Below are positions 1 to 8,767 of a stretch of 32,000 nt of DNA, piece after piece; the first letter of the stretch is position 1; each line of letters starts with the position of its first letter. The translations under genes were made by a program, and so were the position numbers. The notes below the pieces were generated by a model that saw only the letters and a program-made list of their open reading frames with translations, was not told the origin of the DNA and did not search any database. The stretch lies in the NCBI RefSeq assembly GCF_000020225.1, contig NC_010655.1, forward strand, positions 1,620,001 to 1,652,000, given 5' to 3'. Source of the DNA: Akkermansia muciniphila ATCC BAA-835 (lineage in GTDB: Bacteria > Verrucomicrobiota > Verrucomicrobiia > Verrucomicrobiales > Akkermansiaceae).

Positions 1-2
1 TA

Positions 3-170
3 AATTACATTAAATATGATATTCCCTACAGCATGATCCTGCAGTTCCTGATGAGCGAGTGTGTTGCAAATGGCGTAAGCTGTTATTACACCCATGCCCG
101 GAAGGTGGATCATGCTGATTTGGAGCGTTTGGACGCTCTGTTTAACAAGCCTGTTGATGTTGAAGAATGA
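3..170 (+). CDS. 3' end of a phage ORF upstream of the tape-measure gene (tail assembly chaperone position); partial
   Basis: This frame is open from the window edge (NYIKYDIPYSMILQFLMSECVANG...KPVDVEE*). Its TGA overlaps the ATG of the next gene (ATGA at 167-170). Function is inferred from position only. Confidence 0.4.
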   Translation, partial: NYIKYDIPYSMILQFLMSECVANGVSCYYTHARKVDHADLERLDALFNKPVDVEE

Positions 171-2287
171 GTGCCGTAAAATTTAAATTCTCCGGAGATT
201 CTTCGGAATTGCTCAAAGAACTGGAGAACATTAAGGAAAAGATCCGCGAGACCTCGGGGCAGGCGGCAAATATGCGTGTTGCTAAGGGCGGTAAGGCTGA
301 CGTAGAGGGATTGGGGGCGTCTTTCAAGAAGTTATTGCCTGCAATTACGGCTGCCGGCGCTGCCGCGGCAGGATTTGGGGCGGCATGGAGCGCTGTCAAA
401 ACAGGAATCAATGACGCGATGGATGATGAATACATGGCGGTACAGTTATCTTCCTATACAAAAAATATTGAGTCGGCCAGGGATTTGCAGTCCCAGCTTG
501 ATCATCTGGCGGCAAATGGCGTTGTTAGCCTGGACGATTTAGGGAAAGCCGCTCAAAACCTGGCCATGCATTTTCGGACAAATAATACGGCTATCATGAG
601 CTGGTCGAAAGTTTTTGCAGATATTGCCGCGTCCGGAAAGATTTCCGCAGAGCAGCTTTCCAATTCATGGGCGAAGGTGATGGCAAACGGATTTGCCGAT
701 TCACGGGCCATTAACCAGCTGCAGAATCAGGGCATTCCCATTATCAAGGCTTTGGCGGAAGAAATGGGCGTGGCGGAAAGACAGGTTGTTGAGCTCGCCA
801 AGAAGCGGGAAATTTCCGCTGACCAGTACGTGAACGCCATGAAGAAAATGCGTGACGCGGAATTTTCCGGGAAGAATTCCGCATTGTCTAATACGACCAT
901 CGGTTCATGGGAAACGCTCAAGGCTACTTTTGAAAATACTATGGGGGATCTGGTGAGTGATAATGTCTCAAAAACGGCCGGGCTTTTTCAGTACCTGACA
1001 TCTCGAATAGAAGAGGCCTCCGAGGTTGGTTTTCATTTTTACGCCATGAATCAAGAGAATTTATCTCTTTTTGAGATCATGTTATCTAGAGTTCAGGCTG
1101 GTTTTGCTGGTCTTACAGGGATTTTTGTGAATGGAAAGTGGGAAAATCCATATCAAGAGGGGACGTATGACCAAAGGAAAAATCTGATTGATTACGGTTC
1201 ATCTGATAAAATCAGGGAAGAAATATCCAAGGCCAAAAGCAATGATGAAATTGAGCTTGTTCAAGAGCGGCTAGGTAAAGAATGGGATGATCTTATTAAA
1301 CAACGCGGCATCCGTCAGAATTATATTGCAAACGATGGCGTAAACAGTGCAGAAGCAAAGGCGGAAATTGAGGCTATTGACAGGATGATTGCCGCCCGTC
1401 AAGAACTTCTTGAGGAAATAGAAGAAGGAGTTTTGTGGAGGGAGAATGAGAAGCAATCAATTAAAGAGATCGTAGAAAACAATCAGAAGGAAGCGAGGGC
1501 TGCCGCTGATTTGAACGATGCAATGGAGAAGCTTAATGAAACAAGAGATAAAGCAAATAAGCAAAAGCCTAAAAAGAAACAGGATGATTTATCAGTCGAT
1601 GGTCTAAAGAAACAGCTTGAAGACGAATTAGCCGCTGTTCAACATATTTCCTTGGATGATTTGGAAGAGGAATTGAAATTACTTGAAAAAGAATTCCAAG
1701 CAGGAGCTTTAGATTTTAATGCAGCCACGAGATATGAAAAGCTGTTATCCGTGGCTGACTCCATCCGGGAAATTAACGCTCAATTAAATAAAAAGAACAG
1801 AGCCGTTAATGATGTGAGACAGGATGCGCAGGAAGAAATTGCCATCATGCAGGCCGAACTTGACGGCGAAAAGGAAAAGCGGCGCGAACTGGAAAAGCAG
1901 CGGGATGTGCGGAAGGAAATGCAATCCCTCGTGAAAAGCGGCATGAATGAGCATGACGCCCTGGGGCTGGCGGAACAGAAGGTTTCCCTGACATACAAGA
2001 TTGAGGACAAAAGGGAAAGGGAGAAAAAGGAAAAAGAGGATTCCAGGGCGCGGGCGCAGGAAATATCCGATGCGTTTAAAACGCGGTTTGACGCAGTACA
2101 GCAGACGCTTTCAAGCGTATCCCGTGTGGGGTCTGGTTTCGGTTCCCTCTTTAGCCTGGTGGGAAAGGGGGATGCCGGCCTTTCCGCTGCCGTGGACTCC
2201 CTCACAAAGGAAGTGCAGACTTCCAACGGATACCTCAGGACGATTGCGGAAAAGGCCGAGAAAGGCGGTGTTGCCCTCTTTAGCTGA
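167..2287 (+). CDS. Phage tail tape-measure protein
   Basis: 706 aa. It has a Gly/Ala hydrophobic segment (PAITAAGAAAAGFGAAW) and a tape-measure-type segment (AINQLQNQGIPIIKALAEEMGV). A long E/K/R/Q-rich coiled-coil forms the C-terminal two-thirds. Tail genes follow. Confidence 0.85.
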   Translation: MSAVKFKFSGDSSELLKELENIKEKIRETSGQAANMRVAKGGKADVEGLGASFKKLLPAITAAGAAAAGFGAAWSAVKTGINDAMDDEYMAVQLSSYTKNIESARDLQSQLDHLAANGVVSLDDLGKAAQNLAMHFRTNNTAIMSWSKVFADIAASGKISAEQLSNSWAKVMANGFADSRAINQLQNQGIPIIKALAEEMGVAERQVVELAKKREISADQYVNAMKKMRDAEFSGKNSALSNTTIGSWETLKATFENTMGDLVSDNVSKTAGLFQYLTSRIEEASEVGFHFYAMNQENLSLFEIMLSRVQAGFAGLTGIFVNGKWENPYQEGTYDQRKNLIDYGSSDKIREEISKAKSNDEIELVQERLGKEWDDLIKQRGIRQNYIANDGVNSAEAKAEIEAIDRMIAARQELLEEIEEGVLWRENEKQSIKEIVENNQKEARAAADLNDAMEKLNETRDKANKQKPKKKQDDLSVDGLKKQLEDELAAVQHISLDDLEEELKLLEKEFQAGALDFNAATRYEKLLSVADSIREINAQLNKKNRAVNDVRQDAQEEIAIMQAELDGEKEKRRELEKQRDVRKEMQSLVKSGMNEHDALGLAEQKVSLTYKIEDKREREKKEKEDSRARAQEISDAFKTRFDAVQQTLSSVSRVGSGFGSLFSLVGKGDAGLSAAVDSLTKEVQTSNGYLRTIAEKAEKGGVALFS

Positions 2288-2288
2288 C

Positions 2289-3068
2289 ATGAACAAGGAT
2301 ATTAAACACACAGGCGGGTACGGATGGCAGGGAGACTTTGAAGCATCCATGTCTGATGATGGCTCCTGGTCGGCAAGCGTTTCTTACGTGGCGCCCCCCG
2401 GGGAGAAATTCACTCCTTCTTACTCTCTGCATTGCCATGTTCCGGGCTTCACGGATTTGACCCTGTCCGGTTACCAGCATTCACGGATGGCGGATTTGTG
2501 GAAAACGTCCTGTACCTTTAAAAAAGACGCTCCGCAGGAGGATGAAGAGCCTGACGATCCGGAACCCGGAGATCCGGACACATGGGACTTTGACCCCAAA
2601 GACACGAAAACCACCTGGGAATTTACGGCCGGCGTGGCGAGCAAGAGCATCTTTGACCATCCGGATTTCAAATCCATGTTTCAGGATAATCCGGATCTGA
2701 AGAAAGCTTATGAAGCAATTATGTCGGGCCGCGTGGATATTGAATCATTGAAGATTGATTCCAGGCTGAAGAGGAAAGATCCGTATGATTTCGGCCTGGG
2801 GGGTGTTAAATACTCCCAGGAACTTTCTGACTTGTTCAACAAGATCATTAATAAGGGAATCACTGACTATTACACAAGATCCTGCTCCTATTCCATCACG
2901 ACCACGGAAGGAAAGGGGCCTGATGCCGCCCTTCAATCATTGATTTCTGCGGGAGGCGGCAATTTCGTAAAGATGGGGGAAGACAAGAATACCTATGGGC
3001 GGAACATGGAAACCACGCAATCCTTCTCCCAGATTTTAGAAGAAGGAATTTTGATTATTGGCTCATGA
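2289..3068 (+). CDS. Phage tail protein (distal-tail position), hypothetical
   Basis: The first in-frame ATG is 2 nt after the tape-measure stop (MNKDIKHTGGYGWQ...). The 2001 start in the ORF track would overlap the tape-measure gene by 287 nt. The stop overlaps the next start (ATGA). Function is inferred from position only. Confidence 0.6.
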   Translation: MNKDIKHTGGYGWQGDFEASMSDDGSWSASVSYVAPPGEKFTPSYSLHCHVPGFTDLTLSGYQHSRMADLWKTSCTFKKDAPQEDEEPDDPEPGDPDTWDFDPKDTKTTWEFTAGVASKSIFDHPDFKSMFQDNPDLKKAYEAIMSGRVDIESLKIDSRLKRKDPYDFGLGGVKYSQELSDLFNKIINKGITDYYTRSCSYSITTTEGKGPDAALQSLISAGGGNFVKMGEDKNTYGRNMETTQSFSQILEEGILIIGS

Positions 3069-3904
3069 TCTGGACAAACGATTTACGGATTAACACGGAC
3101 ATTACGCCGGATGCCGGTAGTCACCAGGCCTACGGGACATACAGAGTGAACCGTACCGTCTCGCAATCGGAAATTGTTCCCATTGCCGGGTTCCGGCGTC
3201 CCAAATGGGCGGCCGCGTCAACCAATCCCAATGCTCCCGGCATGGTGGCGACGGGTTATAAAATCTCCCTGCATTCTCCGACAGCTTACAAGGTCACCGT
3301 AACGTACTCCTATCCATCCGAAGGTGTCAAAGAGGATGAGGAGGGCAACCCATCCCCGGATGATCCGGAAGGCGGAGGTGAGGCGAGCGAGAAATACAAA
3401 GTCAAGATCAGCGACCGTTCAAATATGACTCTTGAACCCTTGCTGAGCTATTACAAGCTGCGGAATCCGGACGGAAGCAGCAAATATCCGGAGGGGGATA
3501 TGCTGATTCTGGCCGTTTATTTGTCCGGCGGCCTTGTCATGTGCAGCAATGGACAGTACCGGCTGAAATGCGAAAAAGACGAAACGCCGGGACATATTCA
3601 ATTGCCCGTTACGCCCATCACGCCGTATATCACGCTCGGGTATAAAAAAATATCACAGAACAATACGGTCATCACGAAAACCTACACGGCGCGCCGTGTG
3701 GAACCGTCCAAGGTGGAACGCGTGGGTAAGATTGTCCAGGGCGGCGAGTTTGGAGGCGCAACGAACGTGCAAGAGTATAAGCTTGATTACCTCTTTACCC
3801 GGTATTCCGTCCACAAAGTAGGCAATCGGGAATACGAAATTACGGAAGAATACACCCAATCCAACCCCGGAGGCTGGTCTGCGGACCTGTACAAAAATGG
3901 ATAA
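3065..3904 (+). CDS. Phage tail/baseplate protein, hypothetical
   Basis: 279-aa ORF translationally coupled to both neighbours. No recognisable motif; assigned by position. Confidence 0.55.
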   Translation: MIWTNDLRINTDITPDAGSHQAYGTYRVNRTVSQSEIVPIAGFRRPKWAAASTNPNAPGMVATGYKISLHSPTAYKVTVTYSYPSEGVKEDEEGNPSPDDPEGGGEASEKYKVKISDRSNMTLEPLLSYYKLRNPDGSSKYPEGDMLILAVYLSGGLVMCSNGQYRLKCEKDETPGHIQLPVTPITPYITLGYKKISQNNTVITKTYTARRVEPSKVERVGKIVQGGEFGGATNVQEYKLDYLFTRYSVHKVGNREYEITEEYTQSNPGGWSADLYKNG

Positions 3905-5270
3905 TATCACCAAGGGTGACCCAATTAAGGCGGATTGGGCCAATGCTCTTACAAATGCCGTCAATGCGGCCGCGCATGGCAAAACAGCCTTGCGCGGTGG
4001 CGGCGGGCAGAACGTTTTCATTTCCCCTTATCAGCGCGGTTCCCGCCCCCTGGCCTTTGATTTGGTGGAAATCACGGATGATGAGGAAGGTAGCCTTTCC
4101 GGCAAGATCTCCGGGGGTGTGCTGTTGTCCGCATACAAAGAGGAACAGGAAGAAAAAATATCGCTGAAAACGGAATGCATGGAAATCAGCGAATATGAAG
4201 CAACCTTCCAATCAGGCGATAAGGTGTGGGTTCATGTGACCTATGATCCGGACACATGGGAGGCTTATGTTGCAATCCTGGAAAAAGGGAAAGAACCGCC
4301 GGGGGCAGAAGAGGGTGAGGCCTACATTATTGTTGGCGAGTTTGAGGAACGCGACCAATCCATTATCTACAGGCACAAAGGAATTACCTGTATCAACTGG
4401 GATGCAATCAAATGGGAATTTGAGAAATTCAAGCTCAAGACGGATCCTTTGTGCGCGCTGGAACTCAAGGAAGAAAAGAACGAAAAGGAAGAAGAGACCG
4501 AAAAGGAACTGACTCTGAATATTGAATCTTCCAGTGAAGAAGAAGAAGATTTGGGTGCCGACAGCAATTTGAAGGTATGGCTGGTGCAGAAAAAGGGGAA
4601 AGGGGAGGGCGGGGCAGAAGATGGGCCGGTCAGGCTTGGCGTGAGAATCAAAGATTCACGGAGTTTTCAGCAGGTGCAGCCGGGAGACGGCCTTGAATGG
4701 AAAACGGAAAAAGGGGCGGATGGCCATAACATCCAGACGGAAATCCTGCAGGTCAGGATTGATTCCACGGTTTCTTCTTCAACGGGGCAAGAGGGAAGAA
4801 TCCCCGTTGACCTGAGTGTGTCGCAGGAGGGATTGAAAGGCGAGGTGGATTTGACAATTGATGATACGGAGCATGATTTATGGGGAGGGTGGAAAATCAA
4901 GCTGTCCAGGGCCACCAGGGGAGTATTGTCTCTTGCGGTCACTCCTGGAGGCGACGCGGAAGAATTGAGTTTTCGCGCCCCTTTGCGGAAAAATGGGAAG
5001 TATGTTGTGCTTGATTATGTCAAGGATCCTCACACCCTGCCGGACGGCACGACTATTGCCTTGTATGACCGGAATGGACAGCTTGATCTTGAGGTCGATA
5101 CGTCCAACACGACCGGCGGCGGGGACGGAGCCCTGATCAGCGATTCCTGGACAGCGTTGGCCTGCGACACTGACCACGCCTTACGCCTGCACCGGGACGA
5201 AAACGGGAAAATCTATATCCAGCAGGGGGAATGGATTGTGACTTCCAAAATTTATTCACCAATAAATTAA
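3897..5270 (+). CDS. Phage tail/baseplate or fibre-like protein with an acidic low-complexity insert
   Basis: 457 aa, 8-nt overlap with the upstream gene. Acidic tract EEKNEKEEETEKELTLNIESSSEEEEDLG. Last gene of the tail block; assigned by position. Confidence 0.55.
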   Translation: MDNITKGDPIKADWANALTNAVNAAAHGKTALRGGGGQNVFISPYQRGSRPLAFDLVEITDDEEGSLSGKISGGVLLSAYKEEQEEKISLKTECMEISEYEATFQSGDKVWVHVTYDPDTWEAYVAILEKGKEPPGAEEGEAYIIVGEFEERDQSIIYRHKGITCINWDAIKWEFEKFKLKTDPLCALELKEEKNEKEEETEKELTLNIESSSEEEEDLGADSNLKVWLVQKKGKGEGGAEDGPVRLGVRIKDSRSFQQVQPGDGLEWKTEKGADGHNIQTEILQVRIDSTVSSSTGQEGRIPVDLSVSQEGLKGEVDLTIDDTEHDLWGGWKIKLSRATRGVLSLAVTPGGDAEELSFRAPLRKNGKYVVLDYVKDPHTLPDGTTIALYDRNGQLDLEVDTSNTTGGGDGALISDSWTALACDTDHALRLHRDENGKIYIQQGEWIVTSKIYSPIN

Positions 5271-5275
5271 TAAAA

Positions 5276-6028
5276 ATGAATTACGCAATATTCTGTTATA
5301 GAGAAGATTATAAATGCCTTGAATTGTGCGTTGGTCAAATCCGCCGGGTTGATCCTGATTGTACGATTTACCTGTTTGACGACGGAAAAGCCCCTCTCGC
5401 AAGAAAAGACATCCCAAGGGGAAGGGACATCATTTACAAAAAGACCTATTTTGAACGCAACAGGAACTTGAATGGCCTCGAATGTATCCGCGGCATGTTG
5501 TCCTGCATGCGTGATATCCCGGGCCGGGAGCCCATCATCAAAATAGACGCTGATACACTGCTGATGTCCCTTGAAGAAATACGGAAATCACTGTTTGAGC
5601 GCAGGAAACTGGCAGGGGGATATCAGTGCGCCTTTCCATTCGCCTGGTCCGGAGTATGTTATTGGGTAACGCGGAAATTCATCAGTGATGCTCTTGATAT
5701 CCTGGTAACGCGTGAATTCCCGACACGCAATCAGGATTATCCGGAGGACGTGACCGTTTCCAGGCTGGCTCTGTACCTGTACGGCCGCAAGGGGGTTGAT
5801 GTCATTGAGTTCCAGGGAGGCAAGTACCTGATCGGCATCAGAACATGTGATTCTGGCCAGTTATCAAAGCTGGCGAAACTGGCCCGCCGCGTGTCTGCCG
5901 TTCACTGCGGACAGCAGGATTTTTATGAGCCGATCATCCAGCAATCAGGCTGTACCATCCGGGAAGCTTGCGCCCGTATCATGTGGGAAATCCTTCACCC
6001 GGGTGAACCGGAAGGATTCAGGCTTTGA
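5276..6028 (+). CDS. Putative GT-A fold (GT2-like) glycosyltransferase
   Basis: Start taken at MNYAIFCY, 5 nt after the upstream stop. N-terminal pattern IFCYREDYKCLELCVGQIRRVDPDCTIYLFDDGKAP (beta-alpha-beta ending in DDG). DxD-like IIKIDADTLL lies ~70 aa later, followed by PEDV. No TM segment or signal peptide. Confidence 0.5.
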   Translation: MNYAIFCYREDYKCLELCVGQIRRVDPDCTIYLFDDGKAPLARKDIPRGRDIIYKKTYFERNRNLNGLECIRGMLSCMRDIPGREPIIKIDADTLLMSLEEIRKSLFERRKLAGGYQCAFPFAWSGVCYWVTRKFISDALDILVTREFPTRNQDYPEDVTVSRLALYLYGRKGVDVIEFQGGKYLIGIRTCDSGQLSKLAKLARRVSAVHCGQQDFYEPIIQQSGCTIREACARIMWEILHPGEPEGFRL

Positions 6029-6488
6029 ACAGATCCAGAATCATCTGGTTTTCCTCAAAACGTTTCTTTCCCGTGCCGTATGCTTTCATGATTTGTTCCG
6101 GCGTCTTTTTCCGCGGTGCCTCCAGCTTTTTGACAGGGCGGCGCTTCATGGCCGCATGTTCCGTCTGCTGCATCATCAGGGAGGGCGGGAGTCCGCTCTC
6201 AGCAAGGAATTTGGAAGCAGCGCGGGAAATGGCCGCTTTATGCACGCCCAGTTTCCGCGCCCTCTGGGCCATGCGTTCATTTCCGAGCACAGACGTCAAC
6301 CCCAGAGCGTATGCCACGCCGAATGCGGTGACATTGGGAGTGCGGCTGTTAATGACGTGATACAGGGCCAGGGACATGATCCGGATCATTTCAAGGGCGC
6401 GTTCCCGAAATTCGTTTTCCTGCTCCTGCCCTTCTTCCGGATACTCAAAATCCGTATGTGCTGTGTAGTATGACTGTTGCGGTTCCAT
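6018..6488 (-). CDS. HTH-containing regulator-like protein, hypothetical
   Basis: 156 aa with protein-like composition, unlike the R/S/C-rich antisense ORFs 5847..6473 and 6025..6360. HTH-like segment NERMAQRARKLGVHKAAISRAASKFLAESGL. Convergent with the glycosyltransferase-like gene (11-nt overlap) and divergent from terS. Confidence 0.5.
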   Translation of the reverse strand: MEPQQSYYTAHTDFEYPEEGQEQENEFRERALEMIRIMSLALYHVINSRTPNVTAFGVAYALGLTSVLGNERMAQRARKLGVHKAAISRAASKFLAESGLPPSLMMQQTEHAAMKRRPVKKLEAPRKKTPEQIMKAYGTGKKRFEENQMILDLFKA

Positions 6489-6498
6489 GCTTGGTGTA

Positions 6499-6536
6499 TT
6501 TACATATCAATATATCATGATATAATAATATGTAAA
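6499..6536. promoter_or_regulatory. 38-bp nested near-perfect palindrome in the divergent region upstream of terS (candidate operator or cos/pac-associated site)
   Basis: TTTACATAT-CAAT-ATATCATGATAT-AATA-ATATGTAAA. The outer 9-bp arms and the inner 12-bp core are perfectly symmetric. It sits in a 58-bp AT-rich intergenic gap. Confidence 0.5.
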
Positions 6537-6546
6537 GAAGGGAATA

Positions 6547-7050
6547 ATGGCAGGGATTTCACAGGCGGAACTTGCCCGGCAATTGGGCGTCAATAAAAGC
6601 ACGATCACGTACCACGTGAAGCGTGGTCTGACGCATGCGCAAATCCGGGAGCTGATTGAAGCCAGGAGGAAGGAAAATCCAATTGCTGAACCTGCTTCTC
6701 CAGAAATTGGGAAAAACGCTCCGGAGGAAGGGGTAGCGGAACTGAGAAAAAGGAAACTTGCTGCGGAAATTACCTACAAGAATTTGCAGGCTGAACAGGC
6801 CCGCGTGAAGCTTGAAAAGGATAAGGCCCGGCTGGTGGACATGGAAGATGTGAATGAGCTTGTCGTACATCTGGCCAGTATTACCAAAGGCGTTCTCCAG
6901 GCATTTGAAAATAAACTGCCGGGGAAGATGGAAGGATTGACGGCTGCGGAAATGGTTCCCATGCTGCGGGAGGAAATCAAGGCCGCTCTGTATTCCATTG
7001 CGGAAGAATCCAGGGCCCAGATCAAGATAATCAGCCGGGCGGAACAATGA
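6547..7050 (+). CDS. Terminase small subunit (N-terminal HTH)
   Basis: N-terminal HTH MAGISQAELARQLGVNKSTITYHV followed by coiled-coil. ATGA overlap with the large terminase gene. Confidence 0.6.
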   Translation: MAGISQAELARQLGVNKSTITYHVKRGLTHAQIRELIEARRKENPIAEPASPEIGKNAPEEGVAELRKRKLAAEITYKNLQAEQARVKLEKDKARLVDMEDVNELVVHLASITKGVLQAFENKLPGKMEGLTAAEMVPMLREEIKAALYSIAEESRAQIKIISRAEQ

Positions 7051-8744
7051 GAGACGTTGAAAAGGCTGCCGGATTTCTGAATCTTTTCGCGGATAACGTA
7101 TCCGCTGGAATGGACGTGGAGCCGATAGAATGGATACGTGAAAACGTGGTAGACCAGCAATCGGCGCGGTCTACCCATATTGATTTTACGTTGAGCCCGT
7201 TTCTGCTGGAACCCATTGACAAATTCCTGAATGACGGCACGGTCAGGCACATTAACCTGATGGCTCCCACCGGTTCCGGAAAGTCGACATTGTTCGTCGG
7301 CTTGCTTAATTACCTCATTGCCAATGATGCGGGGAATACCTTGGTCGCTTTCCAGAATGAACAGGAAACCTCTGATTTCGCGGAAACGAGGCTTTTTCCC
7401 ACATTCCGGGATAATAAGGCTTTAAAAAACTTGCTGCCGAAGAAAAGGCATGCGGCCAGGAAAACGGAGATTCTTTTTCCGCACATGAACTTGTGGATGG
7501 TCTCCGCTACCAAGGGGCAGTTGCAGTCGAAGTCCTGCCGGTATTTGATTGGTGATGAAATGTGGGCGTGGGAAAAGGGAATGGTCCGGGAGTTCCTGGC
7601 CCGCCACCATGATCGGTTCAACCGTAAAATCCTGATGGTTTCCCAGGGAGGGGACAAGGGGACGGACTGGGTTGACGAGTACGGAAAGGGCCGCATCCAC
7701 CATTACCATTGGCAATGCCCCGGCTGCCAGGGATGGAATGCCTATGACTGGCGGGATGTCATTTACAGCAAAGAAGAAAATATTGATTGGGAACGTTTTA
7801 AGGAATCCGTCAAAATGGTTTGTCCCCGGTGTTTGCACGAAATAGAGGATACTGTTCACAACCGGCGCCATCTGGCCGGCGGCGGCAAGTACGTGTTTTC
7901 CGGCAATACGAGCGCCTTGCCGGAGATCGTAAGCTACAATTTTAATGCTTTGGCCTGTTACTGGGTATCATGGGCGGATTTGGCCGTGGAATGGATCCTG
8001 GCCAATAAAAAGAAGAGGAACGGGGATATAGAACCGCTGAAAAAGTTTATCCAGAAGCGGCTTGCTCAAAACATTGTGGATTTGGGCGAGAAAGACGACG
8101 TGTTGAAAATCCCGCTCACGGCGGAAAGCATGGAGGGGTACGCCGTGGAAAACGAACGGGCGCGCTTCTTAACGGTAGATGTCCAGAAAGGGCACTTTTG
8201 GCATACTGTTTACGGCGTGGATGCCGGAGGGGCTTTCCATTTACTTTCAGAGGGGCGTCTTGAAACGTTGGAGGATATTGAACGTAAACAGGCGGAGTTT
8301 AACGTGCCTGATCATTGCGTTGCTTTGGACTGCGCTTTTGATACGGATGCCGTGCGGAAGATATGCGGGCTTCATCACTGGTTTTCCATGAATGGGACGG
8401 TCAAGGAAGAATACGTGCATAAAATCAGGGGGCGGGGGATTAAATTGATTTATGCGCCTCTTGAGCGGCACATGGTGGAGGGGATTCAATGCCTTCATTT
8501 CAACTTTTCTTCCCAGCGGGCGAAGGACGTTCTTGCCGCGCGGATTAAATCGGGGCATTTCAAGGTTCCCCATGATGTTTCTGCCGAGTACATCAAGCAG
8601 ATGCAGGCTGAAAGCAAACAGGAGTCCATAGACAAGCGCACGGGGAGGGTTTCTCTCAAATGGCTTGCGTCCGGTAATAATTCCCACATGTGGGACTGTT
8701 CCTGCATGGCGGTGATTTTTGCCATGATTCACCGGATGATTTAA
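7047..8744 (+). CDS. Terminase large subunit, GpA (lambda-like) type
   Basis: 565 aa. Walker A NLMAPTGSGKST, Walker B-like CRYLIGDEMW, and paired Cys motifs CPGCQGW...CPRCLHE typical of GpA-family terminases. Confidence 0.8.
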   Translation: MRDVEKAAGFLNLFADNVSAGMDVEPIEWIRENVVDQQSARSTHIDFTLSPFLLEPIDKFLNDGTVRHINLMAPTGSGKSTLFVGLLNYLIANDAGNTLVAFQNEQETSDFAETRLFPTFRDNKALKNLLPKKRHAARKTEILFPHMNLWMVSATKGQLQSKSCRYLIGDEMWAWEKGMVREFLARHHDRFNRKILMVSQGGDKGTDWVDEYGKGRIHHYHWQCPGCQGWNAYDWRDVIYSKEENIDWERFKESVKMVCPRCLHEIEDTVHNRRHLAGGGKYVFSGNTSALPEIVSYNFNALACYWVSWADLAVEWILANKKKRNGDIEPLKKFIQKRLAQNIVDLGEKDDVLKIPLTAESMEGYAVENERARFLTVDVQKGHFWHTVYGVDAGGAFHLLSEGRLETLEDIERKQAEFNVPDHCVALDCAFDTDAVRKICGLHHWFSMNGTVKEEYVHKIRGRGIKLIYAPLERHMVEGIQCLHFNFSSQRAKDVLAARIKSGHFKVPHDVSAEYIKQMQAESKQESIDKRTGRVSLKWLASGNNSHMWDCSCMAVIFAMIHRMI

Positions 8745-8767
8745 GCGCAACGGGCGCGCACTAGTAT

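Noticed and set aside
2001-2288. N-terminal extension of the ORF 2001..3068 overlapping the tape-measure gene
   Set aside because: The extension is an R/K/P-rich out-of-frame read of the tape-measure coiled-coil region. An ATG at 2289 lies 2 nt after the tape-measure stop and gives a sensible protein.
5847-6473. Plus-strand ORFs 5847..6473 and 6025..6360 opposite the 156-aa HTH gene
   Set aside because: They are R/S/C/F-rich with implausible composition, and one overlaps the 3' end of the glycosyltransferase-like gene in another frame. The minus-strand product has balanced composition and an HTH-like segment. Strand choice remains an inference.
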